DNA of 62,816 bases, counting the filler, from Anaerolineae bacterium (lineage in GTDB: Bacteria > Chloroflexota > Anaerolineae > Epilineales > Epilineaceae): assembly GCA_029262755.1 (NCBI GenBank). It is 4 parts of 4 records of this genome, joined end to end, with 100 filler letters (N's around TTAATTAATTAA, not from the genome) between each part and the next. Parts side by side here need not be neighbours in the genome. Positions count along the whole stretch, not along the records: positions 1 to 30,031 come from JAJCYU010000336.1; 3 more parts are not named here. One strand, written 5' to 3'. The notes beneath the pieces are model-generated. The model ran no database searches and was not told the origin of the DNA. It saw only the letters and a program-made list of their open reading frames with translations. Every line of letters starts with the position of its first letter. Position 1 is the first letter of the stretch. Made by a program: the position numbers and the translations under genes. Positions 9,962-22,000 of the stretch are shown one piece after another.

Positions 9962-11599
9962 CTAGTGATCGCTGTCGCCACCCGTGAGACCGAGGCGCAG
10001 GTCGCGTAGCGGCCGCTCGGAGTACACGTAGGGGACGCGATCGAAGTTGTGCACGGGCGGCGGAGAGCTGGTCGCCCACTCGAGCGTGTTGGCTTCCCAC
10101 GGGTCGTCGCCCGCATCGCGCTCGGTCTTGCGCAGTGTGCGCATCACATTCCAGAGGAAGAGGATCAGCGACACCCCAAGCACGTACGTGCCCACCGTCT
10201 CGAATTGATTCCAGAACGTCCAGCCGCGATCCGGCGCGTAGTCGTAAATACGGCGCGGCATGCCCTTCAGACCAAGGATATGCATCGGGAAGAAGACCAT
10301 GTTGAAGCCGATGAACATCGTCCAGAACTGCCAGCTGGCCATGGTCTCGTCGAGCATCTTGCCGGTCAGCTTGGGGAAGTAGAAGTACAACCCCGCCACG
10401 AGGCCGAACATGGATCCGCCGAAGAGCACGTAGTGCAGGTGAGCCACCACGTAGTAGGTGTCGTGCAGCTGCCAGTCGATGGGCGTGTTGCCCAGGAAGA
10501 CGCCGCTCAGACCTCCGATGAGGAACATCGTCAAGAAGCCGATGGAGAACTTCATCGGCGACTCAAAGGTCAGGGAGCCGCCCCACATCGTGCCGATCCA
10601 GTTGAAGAACTTCACGCCGGTTGGGACCCCGATCATCATCGTCATGAGCATGATGACCATCTGCACGTTGGGGTCCATGCCCGCGGTGAACATATGGTGC
10701 GCCCACACGATGAAGCCGAGCACGCCGATGCCTATGGTTGCGGCCACCAGGGCCACGTAGCCGAAGATCGGTTTGCGGCTGAAGACAGGCAGGGTCTCGC
10801 TCACCACACCAAAGGCCGGCAGGATCATGATGTACACGGCAGGGTGTGAATAAAACCAGAAGATGTGCTGGTAGAGCACCGGATCGCCGCCTGCACCGAA
10901 GAAGCCGGTGCCAAGGGTGCGATCGAAGAGCAGCAGGATCAACCCGCCGGTCAACATCGGCGTCGCGAAGAGCACCATCTGCGCCATGACGAAGATGGTC
11001 CAGGTGAGCAACGGCAACTGCCGCCAGCCCATGCCGGGCGCGCGCAGATTCCAGATGGTCACGATGAAGTTCACGGCACCGAGCATCGAAGCGGTGCCGG
11101 TGATCAAGAGGCCGGCGATCCAGAAATCGATTCCGATACCGGCGGAGTACAAGCGCGTCGAAAGAGGCGGGTACGAGGTCCACCCCGCGTCCGCTGCGGT
11201 GCCCGCCAAAAACGAGCTGTACATGAACAGGCCGCCGCCCAGGAAAATCCAGTAGCTGAGCGCATTCAGCCTTGGGAAGGCCATGTCCAATGCGCCGATC
11301 TGCAAGGGCACCAGGTAGTTGGCGATGCCGACCCACATCGGGATGATGAACAGGAAGATCATCGTGGTCCCGTGCATCGTCAGGATCTGGTTGTAGGTAT
11401 TGGGATGCATCAACTGGCCGCCGGGGGCCGCCAGCTCCATGCGCATAAGCAGCGCCATAAGGGCGCCGAACAAGAAGAACGTGCCCGACGTCCACATGTA
11501 CATCAGGCCGATCTTCTTGTGGTCGACCGTCGCGACCCAGTTGAGCAGCCCGCGATCCCAGAATCCGGGCCGAGTCAGCGTGCCGATGTGGGTGGTCAT
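9962..11599 (-). CDS. ctaD: Cytochrome c oxidase subunit I, type A2
   Basis: [27 protein letters not shown] (YS motif of A2 oxidases), [20 protein letters not shown]. Confidence 0.98.
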   Translation of the reverse strand: MTTHIGTLTRPGFWDRGLLNWVATVDHKKIGLMYMWTSGTFFLFGALMALLMRMELAAPGGQLMHPNTYNQILTMHGTTMIFLFIIPMWVGIANYLVPLQIGALDMAFPRLNALSYWIFLGGGLFMYSSFLAGTAADAGWTSYPPLSTRLYSAGIGIDFWIAGLLITGTASMLGAVNFIVTIWNLRAPGMGWRQLPLLTWTIFVMAQMVLFATPMLTGGLILLLFDRTLGTGFFGAGGDPVLYQHIFWFYSHPAVYIMILPAFGVVSETLPVFSRKPIFGYVALVAATIGIGVLGFIVWAHHMFTAGMDPNVQMVIMLMTMMIGVPTGVKFFNWIGTMWGGSLTFESPMKFSIGFLTMFLIGGLSGVFLGNTPIDWQLHDTYYVVAHLHYVLFGGSMFGLVAGLYFYFPKLTGKMLDETMASWQFWTMFIGFNMVFFPMHILGLKGMPRRIYDYAPDRGWTFWNQFETVGTYVLGVSLILFLWNVMRTLRKTERDAGDDPWEANTLEWATSSPPPVHNFDRVPYVYSERPLRDLRLGLTGGDSDH

Positions 11600-11601
11600 C
11601 G

Positions 11602-12939
11602 TTACTCGTCCTCCCCGTGCCCACCGGCCTCGACGACCGGTTCTTCGTGTCCGAGCAGCTCTTCCGACAGGGCCTCGTAGGCCGGCGGGATCGCGTCGGG
11701 TCGCGGCTGTGCGGCATAGACCGGCCGCATCACCTCATCATCGATCTTCATGGAGTACAGCCAGGCCAAGATGTCGTCGACCTCGCTTTCTATGAATCCC
11801 ATGCCCTCCATGTGCGTGCCGGGCTTTTGCGTCTGCGGGGCGTTGATCCAGCCCCGTACGCCCTCCGGCGTGTGCGGCACAACCCCGCCGGCCAGAAAGG
11901 TCCGCGCCGCCATGCGCGTCACGTTCGGGCCTGCTTTTAGCGACCAACGGTCAATCGCGATGCGATCCTCGTCCGCGATGCCGTCGACCCGCGTGTTCAC
12001 GCCCTCGACGTTGTGGCAGAGGATGCAGCGCTGCAAAAAGTACTTGTAGCCGCGCTCTTCCGCCGTGTCGGAATCGTCGACGGCGGTGACGTAGTTGGCC
12101 GTAAGTTCCGGATTTGTGTTCCGCTCCAACTCCGGCAGCTCGACGACCGCGGCATGAGCCTCTGCCCACGCCTCGAACTCGTCCTGTTCCACCACGATCA
12201 CGGTGAAGCGCATACCGGCATGCTGCGCGCCGCAGAGCTCCGTGCACTGGCCCTCGTAGCGGCCGACCGTGTCGGGCACGAAGGAAACGAAGTTCTGGCC
12301 GGCGCCACCGTCCCGATCGCCGGGCACCGCGTCGTACTTCGGCGCGAGCTCCGGCACCCAGAAGCTATGCAGCACATCGTGGCTCTCGAGCGGGATCATC
12401 ACGGGCTTGTTGACCGGGAGCACCATCTCTGTCGAGGTCGTGAAGCCGTAATCGACGTACTCGAACTCCCACCACCACTGGAACCCGATGGCGTTGACCG
12501 TCACGGCATCCTCGCCGAAATCGGTGACGAAGCGCTCCTGCATGCGGCCATAGCCCATCCACGCCAACATCGAGACGATGATCGCGGGGATGAGCGTCCA
12601 CGCGACCTCCGCGCGGTTGTTGCCGTGAATCTGCTTGGGTTCCGGATCGCCCGGCTTGCGCCGGAAGCGGAACATAGCCCACACGATCAGCCCCTCGACC
12701 AGTACAAAGACGAAGGTCGCCATCCAGAACACGACCTGGTACAACGCATCCAGGCTACGCGTCTGCGGCGAGAACGTGTCGGAAATAGCAGGCGTGCGCG
12801 CGGTTTCCCACGCGGAGCTGGGGATCGCCGCATAGCCCAGCCATGCCGCGAGGGCGAGGCCGACCAACAGGCCCAAGACCATCAGGCCCTTGATCGCCAT
12901 CGCGCCAAACCGAGAAGAGGAATCGGAGCCGTTGTGCAT
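11602..12939 (-). CDS. ctaC: Cytochrome c oxidase subunit II with fused cytochrome c domain (caa3 type)
   Basis: [18 protein letters not shown], CuA ligands [12 protein letters not shown], heme c motif CILCH with distal KPGTHM. Exact start codon uncertain. Confidence 0.95.
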   Translation of the reverse strand: MHNGSDSSSRFGAMAIKGLMVLGLLVGLALAAWLGYAAIPSSAWETARTPAISDTFSPQTRSLDALYQVVFWMATFVFVLVEGLIVWAMFRFRRKPGDPEPKQIHGNNRAEVAWTLIPAIIVSMLAWMGYGRMQERFVTDFGEDAVTVNAIGFQWWWEFEYVDYGFTTSTEMVLPVNKPVMIPLESHDVLHSFWVPELAPKYDAVPGDRDGGAGQNFVSFVPDTVGRYEGQCTELCGAQHAGMRFTVIVVEQDEFEAWAEAHAAVVELPELERNTNPELTANYVTAVDDSDTAEERGYKYFLQRCILCHNVEGVNTRVDGIADEDRIAIDRWSLKAGPNVTRMAARTFLAGGVVPHTPEGVRGWINAPQTQKPGTHMEGMGFIESEVDDILAWLYSMKIDDEVMRPVYAAQPRPDAIPPAYEALSEELLGHEEPVVEAGGHGEDE

Positions 12940-13048
12940 CGGTTCACACCACCGGGGTTGTCCGGCTCGAAGCACGGCGTGCGGGCGAAACTTCCAAGGC
13001 TTCCGCGGCGCCGCGCGGGTCGTGTCCGGACCCGAAATGAGCGCGCGG

Positions 13049-13077
13049 ATTCTAAGGGAGGCCTAACGTAGGGTCAA
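13049..13077 (-). promoter_or_regulatory. Sigma70-type promoter of the oxidase operon
   Basis: Minus strand TTGACC-N17-TAGAAT, about 110 nt upstream of ctaC. Confidence 0.75.
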
Positions 13078-13175
13078 CCGCCTGAGGCCCCGTCTGCGTT
13101 GGAGTTGGGTTCAAAGCGCGTCGTCCGACCCGCGCCGCCCTTCGACCGGACCCGTCCTACCACGGCCGGCACCGT

Positions 13176-14588
13176 TCAGCGCGCGACGGGCAAGCCCGCT
13201 TGCTGCCATGCGCTGATACCGCCGCGCACGTTCAGCACGTCTTCTCGGCCCTCGCGCAGCAGCACGCTCGCGGCCACCGTGGACCGGTAACCCGTGCGAC
13301 ACATCACGGCGATCGGCCGTCCCGTGGAAGGCAGCTCGTCGGCGTCCGCATGTACCTCGCCGGCAAGCAAGTGGCCCGCGCCTGCTATGTGGCCTGCCTC
13401 AAACTCGTCGATTCCCCGCACGTCGAGCACGTCGATCGCCTCGCCGGCCTCGAGCATCGCCTGCAACGCAGGAGCGTCGATCTGCCGCAGCGCCCGCGTT
13501 TCCTTGCCCGCCGCAACCCACGCGTTCATCCCGCCCTGCAGATACCCGCGCACGTCATCCAGCCCGACGCGAGCAAGCTGACGCGCCGCCTGCGCGACCG
13601 CGGCGCCACCGCCGGCGCCATCTGCGACGAGCACGATGTCGGTCTCATACGGCACGGTCCATGACGCCCACATCGCCAACTTGCCGAGCCCGATGCCGAA
13701 GGCGCCGGGGATGTGGCCTGCCCCGAATGCCTCCTGATCACGCAGATCCACTACGACCGCGCCGGCATCCAACGCTTCCTGCACCGCGTCCACGGCCAGT
13801 CCCGCCACCGCCGGCCGCGGCACGCCGAGCAGCGGTGGCCCCGCGGCGTTCAGCTCCTTCATGCGCCGGTAATAGTCCGGGAACGGCGGCGCGCTGCCCA
13901 AGATGAGCGCGATGAACTCCTCGCGCGCGAGCCCCGGCGCCAGATAGGGGTTCGCGATGCGCTCGAAGCCGAGCGTCGAGGTCGGCCGTCCGCTCATGCC
14001 GGCGCCGCACATCGAGCCGGCGCCGTGGCCGGGGTGCACCTCGAGGCCCTCGGGTAGCCCGGCCAAGCCCTGCACGCTCTCGTACAGCCGCCCCGCCAAC
14101 TCGGCCTTCGCCTCTTCGCCGAGCAGGTCCGGCCGTCCAAGCGACCCGACGAACAGGAAGTCGCCGCTCAACATCAGCATCGGCACGTCCGGCGACCGGT
14201 TCTCGTCATAGACCAGGAAGCTCATGTGCTCCGGCGTATGACCCGGTGTATGGCGCGCCTCGATGCGCTGCCCGCCAACCTGGATCGTATCGCCGTCGAA
14301 CAGGTCTTTGTGCTCGAACGCGACTTGGTATGCCTCTCCCTCGTCGTGCCCGGAAGCGTGCATCGTCGCCCCCGATCGGGCCGCAAGCTCCCGCGCACCC
14401 GAGGCGAAATCGGCGTGGACGTGCGTCTCGAGCACGTGCGTGATCCGCAGCCCATGCACCGCGGCGAAGGCCAGATAGCCGTCGACGTCACGACGCGGGT
14501 CGACGATCACGACCTCGCCCGCGCCCTCACACCCGACGGCATAGGAGTACTGCGACAGGACGGCGTCCTCAAAGCGTTCGAAGATCAT
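13176..14588 (-). CDS. MBL-fold hydrolase/persulfide dioxygenase fused to two rhodanese domains (CstB-like)
   Basis: ETHVHADF, HTPGHTPEH, GDFLFVG, HPGHGAGSMCG, GHIPGA and C-terminal active-site CRTGYRS. Confidence 0.9.
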   Translation of the reverse strand: MIFERFEDAVLSQYSYAVGCEGAGEVVIVDPRRDVDGYLAFAAVHGLRITHVLETHVHADFASGARELAARSGATMHASGHDEGEAYQVAFEHKDLFDGDTIQVGGQRIEARHTPGHTPEHMSFLVYDENRSPDVPMLMLSGDFLFVGSLGRPDLLGEEAKAELAGRLYESVQGLAGLPEGLEVHPGHGAGSMCGAGMSGRPTSTLGFERIANPYLAPGLAREEFIALILGSAPPFPDYYRRMKELNAAGPPLLGVPRPAVAGLAVDAVQEALDAGAVVVDLRDQEAFGAGHIPGAFGIGLGKLAMWASWTVPYETDIVLVADGAGGGAAVAQAARQLARVGLDDVRGYLQGGMNAWVAAGKETRALRQIDAPALQAMLEAGEAIDVLDVRGIDEFEAGHIAGAGHLLAGEVHADADELPSTGRPIAVMCRTGYRSTVAASVLLREGREDVLNVRGGISAWQQAGLPVAR

Positions 14589-14859
14589 GGCGAGTTCCTC
14601 TGCGTCGGGCGGCTGTACGGAGGGGATTGATTCAAGGGGTGGATTCATACGGGCTCGGGGCCCGGTGATCGCGAGCGGATTGACCACGATCCGGCCGGCT
14701 ACGGCATAACCATGGTACCACCCTGCACGTCTGGCGACGTCGCGGGCCTTGGTTTCCCTTTAGGTTGGAACACCCTAGCATGGCGCCGCAAGGAGCCGGC
14801 AGGTGCTGACGTCCAACGATCAGCAAAGCCCGCCCCGGCCGCTGTTCTCGGAGGCCACG

Positions 14860-16434
14860 ATGCCCGACTTCGATTCGACCACCAACGAACGTCGCCGTGC
14901 GGATACCCCCCGCCGCCTCACGATCCTCGCACTCGCCGTCGCCCTCGTCCTGGCGCTCCTCCTGCCGCGTCCGTCCGCGCCAAGCGTCGCCCAGGAAGGC
15001 GGACCGGCCGTCGACGCCCCCGCGCGCTCTTTCGCATACCTTCCCTGGCTCGCCCGCGACGCAAACCTGCCGGTCCCGCACCGCATTACCTTCGGCTTCC
15101 AGTTCGCGATGGAGGACTTCCCCGAGCAGCACGCCGACGATCTGCGCCTCGAGCTGCCGCGCGGCCATCGCCTCGGTCTGCGCTCGGTGCGCGCCCGCTT
15201 GCGCTGGGACGACGTGGAACCGGTGGACGTCGAGCCCGAGGACTTCGACTGGTCCGATACGGACCATCGCTTCGCCGCCTATGCCGGTTGGGGTAACGAC
15301 CTCGTGGTTCAGCTGATCGCCTATCCCCGCTGGGCAACCGTCTACTCTTGCGGCTACGACCTGCAACCCGGCATGGACGACGCGTGGCGCCAATTCGTCC
15401 GCGCCACGGTCGAACGATACGGCGACGCGGCCAACGTCGTCGCATGGGAGATCGGCAACGAGCCGGACGGCCGTAGCGAGCTGCTGCTCTCGGACTGGGA
15501 CCGCGTGGAAGGCTGGGGCCGCGGCGAGCCGAAGGGACCCTACGGCGGCTGCTGGGCCGGCCGCGCCGAGCGCTACGTTCACTTCCTCCGCCTCGCCTAC
15601 GAAGAAATCAAGGCCGTCGATCCCGACGCGCTCGTCACCTACGGCGGCCTGGCCTACACCGATCACGGCGGCAACTTCGATAAGGGCTTTTTGGCCGACT
15701 TCTTGGAAGCAGGCGGCGCGGAGTGGTTCGACGTCATCAACTACCACTGGTTCCCCAACGTCCCCTCGCACAACCCCGGCACCAAGCACCACGAGGAGCA
15801 GATGGCAACGCTGGCCGCCCACGGAGCGGCCGACAAGCCCGTGTGGATCACGGAGACCACGCGCCTCACCCGCCGCGGCGAGCCCGAAAGCGAGGCCTGG
15901 CAGATCGAGTACCTCACCCGCCAGCTGCCCGAAATGCTGACCTACCCCGAGATCGAACGCGTGTACTTCTACGGCTGGACGGACTTCCCCGACGACGTCT
16001 CCGACGGCTTCGGCCCCTACCAACGCGGCTTCGTCCGCAACGACCACGCCCCCAAAGCCGCGCTCGCACTGATGCCGACGATGATGGACGCCGTGCGCGG
16101 CTCTCCGCAGCGCATGCTCGCCGGCGACCAGGTCGTGGGCTGGCGTTTCCGCGCCCCCCGCGAGCCTGTCGACACGATCATCGCCTGGCCTGCAGACGCA
16201 GGCACAGGCGGCGCCTCGAACCCCGGCGCGGGCGGCGGAGAGGGCGGCGGCGCGAGCGTGAGCGTACGCGTCCCCGCGCCGACAGGCCGCACCCTCGAGA
16301 TCGAGCGCTTCCCTGCCGACGCGATCCTCGCCGGTACCTGCTGCCCCCACGAGCACGTGGTCAGCGAACGCGGACGCGCGTACGTAGGGCTGGGCGACGG
16401 ACCGTCGGTGTTCGTGCGGGTGCCGAGGCGGTAG
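14860..16434 (+). CDS. Secreted clan GH-A glycoside hydrolase (GH5/GH39-like)
   Basis: RBS GGAGG, signal peptide, acid/base motif WEIGNEPD, nucleophile motif PVWITET, FDVINYH. Confidence 0.82.
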   Translation: MPDFDSTTNERRRADTPRRLTILALAVALVLALLLPRPSAPSVAQEGGPAVDAPARSFAYLPWLARDANLPVPHRITFGFQFAMEDFPEQHADDLRLELPRGHRLGLRSVRARLRWDDVEPVDVEPEDFDWSDTDHRFAAYAGWGNDLVVQLIAYPRWATVYSCGYDLQPGMDDAWRQFVRATVERYGDAANVVAWEIGNEPDGRSELLLSDWDRVEGWGRGEPKGPYGGCWAGRAERYVHFLRLAYEEIKAVDPDALVTYGGLAYTDHGGNFDKGFLADFLEAGGAEWFDVINYHWFPNVPSHNPGTKHHEEQMATLAAHGAADKPVWITETTRLTRRGEPESEAWQIEYLTRQLPEMLTYPEIERVYFYGWTDFPDDVSDGFGPYQRGFVRNDHAPKAALALMPTMMDAVRGSPQRMLAGDQVVGWRFRAPREPVDTIIAWPADAGTGGASNPGAGGGEGGGASVSVRVPAPTGRTLEIERFPADAILAGTCCPHEHVVSERGRAYVGLGDGPSVFVRVPRR

Positions 16435-16763
16435 GGGTGGTGAAGGATCCGGGGGAAGGTTGGGCGCGTCGGCCAGAGTGACAGGAGATCGGCTACGTGC
16501 TGAGGGGCATGGTCGTAGGCTCGCGAACAGCCCCGCTTCCCACGGTCAGCGACTCACGGCCGTCGGGTCGACAGCGCAGCCGGCGGACGTTGCGAGGGCT
16601 ATCGACGACGTGGCCTGCAGAACGCTCTGCGTGCGGTACCAATGGCCTCAGCGGCTCAAAGACAGGGACCCGGTCAGTTGACAGGAGGATCGAAGGCCAA
16701 TCTAGCCTTGCGCATGCACACTACAGCAAGAGCACGGTCATCACCCTGCACTAGAACACGAAC

Positions 16764-16802
16764 GACACAGCCCCTGAGTCATTACGACTCAGGGGCTGTG
16801 TC
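16764..16802. terminator. 17-bp perfect hairpin between convergent genes
   Basis: GACACAGCCCCTGAGTC-ATTAC-GACTCAGGGGCTGTGTC, 28 nt past the HU-like stop. Confidence 0.75.
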
Positions 16803-16830
16803 TACCCCACTCAGCGGCTGTCTGTTGGCC

Positions 16831-17331
16831 TTACCCGGCGTTGACCCGAGCCTTGGCTGCCGTCCCGAGCCTGCCAGGCGCAAGACCTTCGCCCACTCCA
16901 GTAACGTCGTCACTTACACCCTGACGCTCACCCACCACCGCCACCGGATCATTCGGATGCTCGGCGTTCCACAGCGCAGCCATCTCTGCCGCCGTCATCC
17001 CGACGTGGTGCGCGTTCCGGACCTCGCCCCGATACGCGCCGAGATCCCCCACCGCGTAGCGAAGCGATTGGGCCATCCGCAGCACCGGGCGGACGGTGCC
17101 ATCGGCGCGTAGCTCCAGGGCGAATCGGCCGATGCCGGGCAATCGAACGGCTTCGCCGGCGCGCAGGGCGTTCGTCAGCTCCTCGCTCAGCGTGTCCAGG
17201 ACAAGACGGGCGATCGGACCGGACACGAGCGTGCCGTGGGCCATGCGTACCGCGAGCGTGTCGAGGCCGATCGTTCGGCGAACGACCAGGCGGGGGCGGT
17301 AGCGGGTGATGGCTTGGATGAGCGTGGCCAT
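16831..17331 (-). CDS. HU/IHF-fold DNA-binding protein
   Basis: RBS CAGGAG. LSEELTNALRAGEAVRLPGIGRF matches the HU signature, followed by LWNAEHPNDPV. Confidence 0.72.
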   Translation of the reverse strand: MATLIQAITRYRPRLVVRRTIGLDTLAVRMAHGTLVSGPIARLVLDTLSEELTNALRAGEAVRLPGIGRFALELRADGTVRPVLRMAQSLRYAVGDLGAYRGEVRNAHHVGMTAAEMAALWNAEHPNDPVAVVGERQGVSDDVTGVGEGLAPGRLGTAAKARVNAG

Positions 17332-17601
17332 GGCGGTTCTCCTGCTCTGGTGATGCGGGATGGGGCCGAAGGAGCGGTGCGCGGTTTGCTGTGCAGGGAC
17401 GGACGATGGGTGATGAACGTTCCCATCGGCGCGGCGGTTCCACGCCACTCCCAACGTGCGCGTACCTTGAGGCCTGGCGGGCCCGGGAGGGTCGCCCACT
17501 GAGCTGCACGGGATGGACGTCGCTCGGACCCGAACGGAACCGGCCGTACGTACGCTGGTTACACGAGGGACGAAGCACTGCATCTACGAGGAGGGCGGGA
17601 C

Positions 17602-18171
17602 ATGACCGTCGATACCCGACTATTGCAACAGGGTGCTGGCACAGATCCGCTTCGCGAGATGTCGAGGCGCACCTTCCTCAACTATGCCTGGCTGGCGTCG
17701 CTTGGCGTGCTGACGGCCGAGACGGCGGTGGTGTTCTATCAATTCGCAATGCCACGACTTGGCCCCGGCGAGTTCGGCGGGCCTGTGGACCTTGGGCTCG
17801 CCGAGATCCTGCCCGGAATCGGCGCTGATCCGGAGCCATTCCACAAGGCCAAGTTCTGGTGGGTCGTGGACGACGAGGGAGCCGCGATCGCGCTCTACAA
17901 GGTCTGTCCCCACTTGGGTTGCATCTACCAGTGGAAACCAAACCAGGCGAAGTTCATCTGCCCCTGCCACGGTTCGGAGTTCGAGCGGGGTGGGGCGCTC
18001 ATCCGGAGCCCAGCTCCGCGCGGTCTGGACCGCATGGTGATCCGCGCCTACGACGCCGCCGACGAGCTCGTGGCGGAGACCAACGAGCGCGGCGACGCGC
18101 TGCACATCCCGGACGGCGCGCGCCTGGTCGTCGAGACCGGGCTGCGCATTCTGGGCCACGAGGCCGCCTGA
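17602..18171 (+). CDS. Tat-exported Rieske 2Fe-2S protein (QcrA/PetC-like)
   Basis: Twin-arginine SRRTFL plus TM segment, CPHLGC and CPCHGS boxes, SPAPRGLDR. Confidence 0.92.
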   Translation: MTVDTRLLQQGAGTDPLREMSRRTFLNYAWLASLGVLTAETAVVFYQFAMPRLGPGEFGGPVDLGLAEILPGIGADPEPFHKAKFWWVVDDEGAAIALYKVCPHLGCIYQWKPNQAKFICPCHGSEFERGGALIRSPAPRGLDRMVIRAYDAADELVAETNERGDALHIPDGARLVVETGLRILGHEAA

Positions 18172-18430
18172 GCGAAGAGGCCCGCAACCGCCGCGAACCG
18201 GCTTCGGTGGTGCCCAGAGAAATGCATTGCTGCCCGTCCGCCACGGCGCACCAATTGGTTCGGCACGCCCTGTCTCGGTAGGCTGCTCGCAACGGCTGGA
18301 CTTGCGAGAGGGTGGTCGAGAATAGGCAGCGCCGAGTCACGCGCGGAAACTAGCCAATACGGTGCTTCGGGTGCGCCATCATCTTGGGAACCCGCCGCCA
18401 CGTTCGGTAGAAGCAGGTTCCGGTTCGCGT

Positions 18431-19012
18431 CTACCGCAACGGGACCGCCGGCACAGCAATCGATCCCACGAAGCCGGCGTCGTCCCACCGAGACCGCATT
18501 TCCTTCATCCGCCACTCGACGTGGACACGTCCGCGGTCCACGGGTGTGATCTCGACCCAAATTCTGCCGCGGGTGCCCGGCGCCTTCCAGTACTGCAGGG
18601 ATGAGCCATGCTCGTTTGGGTACTCCGGGCCAAACTCTGTGTGGAAGCCTTCGTTCTCGAGACGCAACCGGGCGGGTTCCAACAGCACGGCACGAATCGC
18701 GGCCCTTTCGTGCGTCGGCAGCGGTGAAGTGCGTAGAAAGGTGCAGCGGTCCTTCGCACTGAAGTAGCCCCAACCAAGGAAACGCAAGTTCGTCTCGCTT
18801 TCACCAAACCACTGCGTCCCAGGTGGATCGCCCGGACGCAGCCCCTTGGACTTGATCCGGTCGCACGGATTCGAGTTCAAAGACGAACCAGCACCAAACT
18901 CGCGGGCAAGCGAGCTCTCCGGAGAATTGATGGGCACCCAAATCCCAGCGACGATGACGAGCAACAAGAGTCTAGGCAGAGACATGGTCATGTGTTTGTC
19001 GCCGTGTCGCAT
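18431..19012 (-). CDS. Hypothetical exported protein (193 aa)
   Basis: RBS GAGGAGG before ATG 19012, hydrophobic LLLLVIVAGIWV segment, 40 nt downstream of the propeller gene on the same strand. Confidence 0.6.
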   Translation of the reverse strand: MRHGDKHMTMSLPRLLLLVIVAGIWVPINSPESSLAREFGAGSSLNSNPCDRIKSKGLRPGDPPGTQWFGESETNLRFLGWGYFSAKDRCTFLRTSPLPTHERAAIRAVLLEPARLRLENEGFHTEFGPEYPNEHGSSLQYWKAPGTRGRIWVEITPVDRGRVHVEWRMKEMRSRWDDAGFVGSIAVPAVPLR

Positions 19013-19052
19013 GGAAGCCTCCTCTATGCTCGCTTGCCTTCCACCGCGAACC

Positions 19053-22000
19053 CTACCGCGGCCGCGAGATCTCCGTGCGCCAATCCGGGCCCTTGCGGTA
19101 GGTCGCGATGCCGCAGCAGGGCGTGGCGAAATGCACGCGGCCCGACGCATCCGCCACGACATGGCTGACGTCGTTGTCCGGCAACTGCCCGCGCGCGAAG
19201 ACCTGCACAACCTGGCCGTCATCTTCAACGTGGAACGCACCCGCCGTTGTGGCGAACCACACGCCGCCCTCCGTGTCGGGGTGCATGTCCGATACACCGC
19301 CGACGGGAAAGCCAACGTCCTCGTCTTCAATACGGCCGTCCAAGCCGATCCGATACACGCCCTGCATCGACCCCGGGTTCGGACGAATCCAGCCGACGCC
19401 GCCTCGGCTGAACACAATCTCCGCCGCCTCGATCGTGGGGCGTCCGTCGGGATCCGGGACGCGTGTCCATGCGCCGTCGGTGCCGCGCCGGACGAGCCCT
19501 TGCGCCACGAGTGCGCCGTTGGTGTCGCGAGTGAACCGGCCGGCCCACACCTGTCCGTCGGCGTCGCCGGCGAGAGCGTGGATTTCGTAGTCATCGAGCT
19601 CGTGGTGCTCTTCGGGTCGCCAACCCTCCGCAGGGGTATATGCGCTCATGCCCTGCGCGCGTTCGGTATCCTGTCGCGGGCGTCCGACCACGCCGTGACC
19701 CGCCCAAGCCATCCCATTCGCGGTTGACAGCAATGCGGTGGTCGGACCGGCGCGCAAGCCGTCACCGGTCTGCCACGTGCGCCACGGACCGCCGCCTGCC
19801 GCTCTGCGGGCGATGCCCGCCTGCGTGGCGATCCATATCGCGCCATCGCTCCGGGGATGGAACTGCGTCCCGTCCCGGGCATGCGCCCAATCATGAACCG
19901 CGAACACGGCCAGCGGATCGCCGTCCGGGGTGACTTCGGTCATCAGGCCGTTCTCGCCAAGAATCCACGTGGACCCGTCCGGTCGATCCAAGGCGCTCCG
20001 CACCCTGTAATCCCAGAACGCGGACTGCCGGCCATCGCCCGAGCCACGATAGGGACCGTGAATCGCACCGGTGGTCGAAACTCGGAAGAGCCCATCATCC
20101 ATGCCGACCAGGACGCTGTCGTCCCTGCCCTGCGATAGCCAGAAGACCTCGCCGCTGCTCAATCCATCGTGAAACGTCCAAACTCGCCACTCCCCGTTCG
20201 CGGGCAACTGCGCGACGCCGTAGAAGTACCCGACCCATAAGCCTCGATCCTCGGTCGTCATGAGGCGCGTCGGATAGCGCACGATTTCCCGGGGCTGGTC
20301 CTCGACGAGCGACAGCGGGGCGCCGACTTCAGGCGCAAACCACAGACCGTCTGAATTGACCATCCAAAGCGCGCCGTCCCAGTCCACCGCGAGGTCCCGA
20401 ACCGACCGTGCCGCGCCCACGTCTGCTTCTCCTTCACGTCGGATCTGCAATCGGTGCGAAGCGCCGGGCACCCCGTCAGGGCCGATCGGCTGGACGTGGA
20501 ACGCATAGTCATATTGACCATCAATCGCATCTTCCTCCCGCAGGTTGATCACGGCGAGCATGCCGCCGCTCGATAGTGGGCGTAGATAGTCCACGCGTGT
20601 ATCCAACAACCCGTGTTCAACCGAGACGAGCTCCCACGTATCGTCGGTCTGCGGAACCAAGATTCCCTCGGTCGTCCCCACCCAAACGCGTTCCAGTCGA
20701 TCGAGGGATAGCCATTGGAGGCCGGTCCACCCTTCGTTGTTGCCGGAGCGTGTCTCGAGCAGTTCGTGAAAGCCCTCAAACGGCTCCAGCGCGCCTTCCC
20801 CCGCCGTACGCCATGGTCGTGGCCACCCTCCGGCATGGACCCATGTCACTCCCCGTGCATCTGGCAGGATCGTCGCAACTTGGTGGTTTGAACTACTTGG
20901 GAATCGCACCATACGGCCGTCGTTCTCCAATCTTCGAATGCTGCCGAAGGACTCATCCAACCAGGTCGCGCCCGAAGAATCGACGGCCATGTCCTGTACT
21001 ACCTCGATGTCAAAACTGCTCTCCAGGGGCATGGGTCGCCACGCTTGCTGCCCGGGGGGCAGGTGGAGCTTGCCAGGGTCATGAGGGAGGGCCACACCGA
21101 GAGAAGGGATTCCTAGCCAAACTCCGTGATTCGCCGTTGCGACACCGGCTCTTGCTTCCAACTTTCGACCCGCGGAATCCTGCGTCAAGAAGACGTCCGG
21201 CTCCGTGTCGATCGAGGTCCAGCGACGATGTCCGTTGTAGGCGAGCAGCCACGGGATCTCGTCCGCCATGGCAACGATTCCGGCCTCCGTCAGGTCCTCG
21301 TGCGTCATCAAGGTCGTCCACGTTCCATCCGGTTGCAGAAGGCCGAAGCCAGGACCCGTCAGGAGCCAGACGCCGTCGTCCGGGGCTTGGGCGAAGGAGG
21401 CGGCTTGGGACGGCGGCTGAAACCACTCCGCCTCAATGGTCGGCGTGATCACGGTCCACCTTCCGCGTGGGCTGCGCCTATGGACTAGCGATGGATACTC
21501 GTAGGCGTGAAACTCGTCGACAATCGACACCCAGACCGCATCGCTCTCGTCGACGAAAAGACCGTTGACGGTTCGTGTGCCATCTGATGGCGCCAAGTCG
21601 AGCTCCAATTCCCATGGCCCGTCACCCTTGCGCGTCAACAAATGCGATGCACCGGCGACCGCCACCAGATCGCTTCCAATCGAGACCCACTGGATGCCCT
21701 CGCTGCGAAACAGGTCGCTGTCCACCGTGCCCCAACGGCCGTCGGGCGTGCGCCGGCGTAGGCTCGTGCCACCATCGGCGACCCAGAGCACACCGTCCGG
21801 TTCCAGCGCGATGTCCTTGGCGTCCGCGAAGGTCTCCTCCGTCGGCCTTCGAGCATCGACCGGCCAGCGCAATAGCCCGCCGCGCGTGGCGACCCACACG
21901 GTCTCGTGCCGCGGATCGTAGAGCATCTTGCGGATGTCATCCGTCTTCGCGAGCCGCGACCAGGATCCCTGCCGTGCCTGTGCCGAATTCTTGCGCAGAC

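Noticed and set aside
16435..16760. Short ORFs and a twice-occurring TGACAGGAG in the GH-HU intergenic region
   Set aside because: No recognisable protein or RNA motif. The repeat is too short to support a call.
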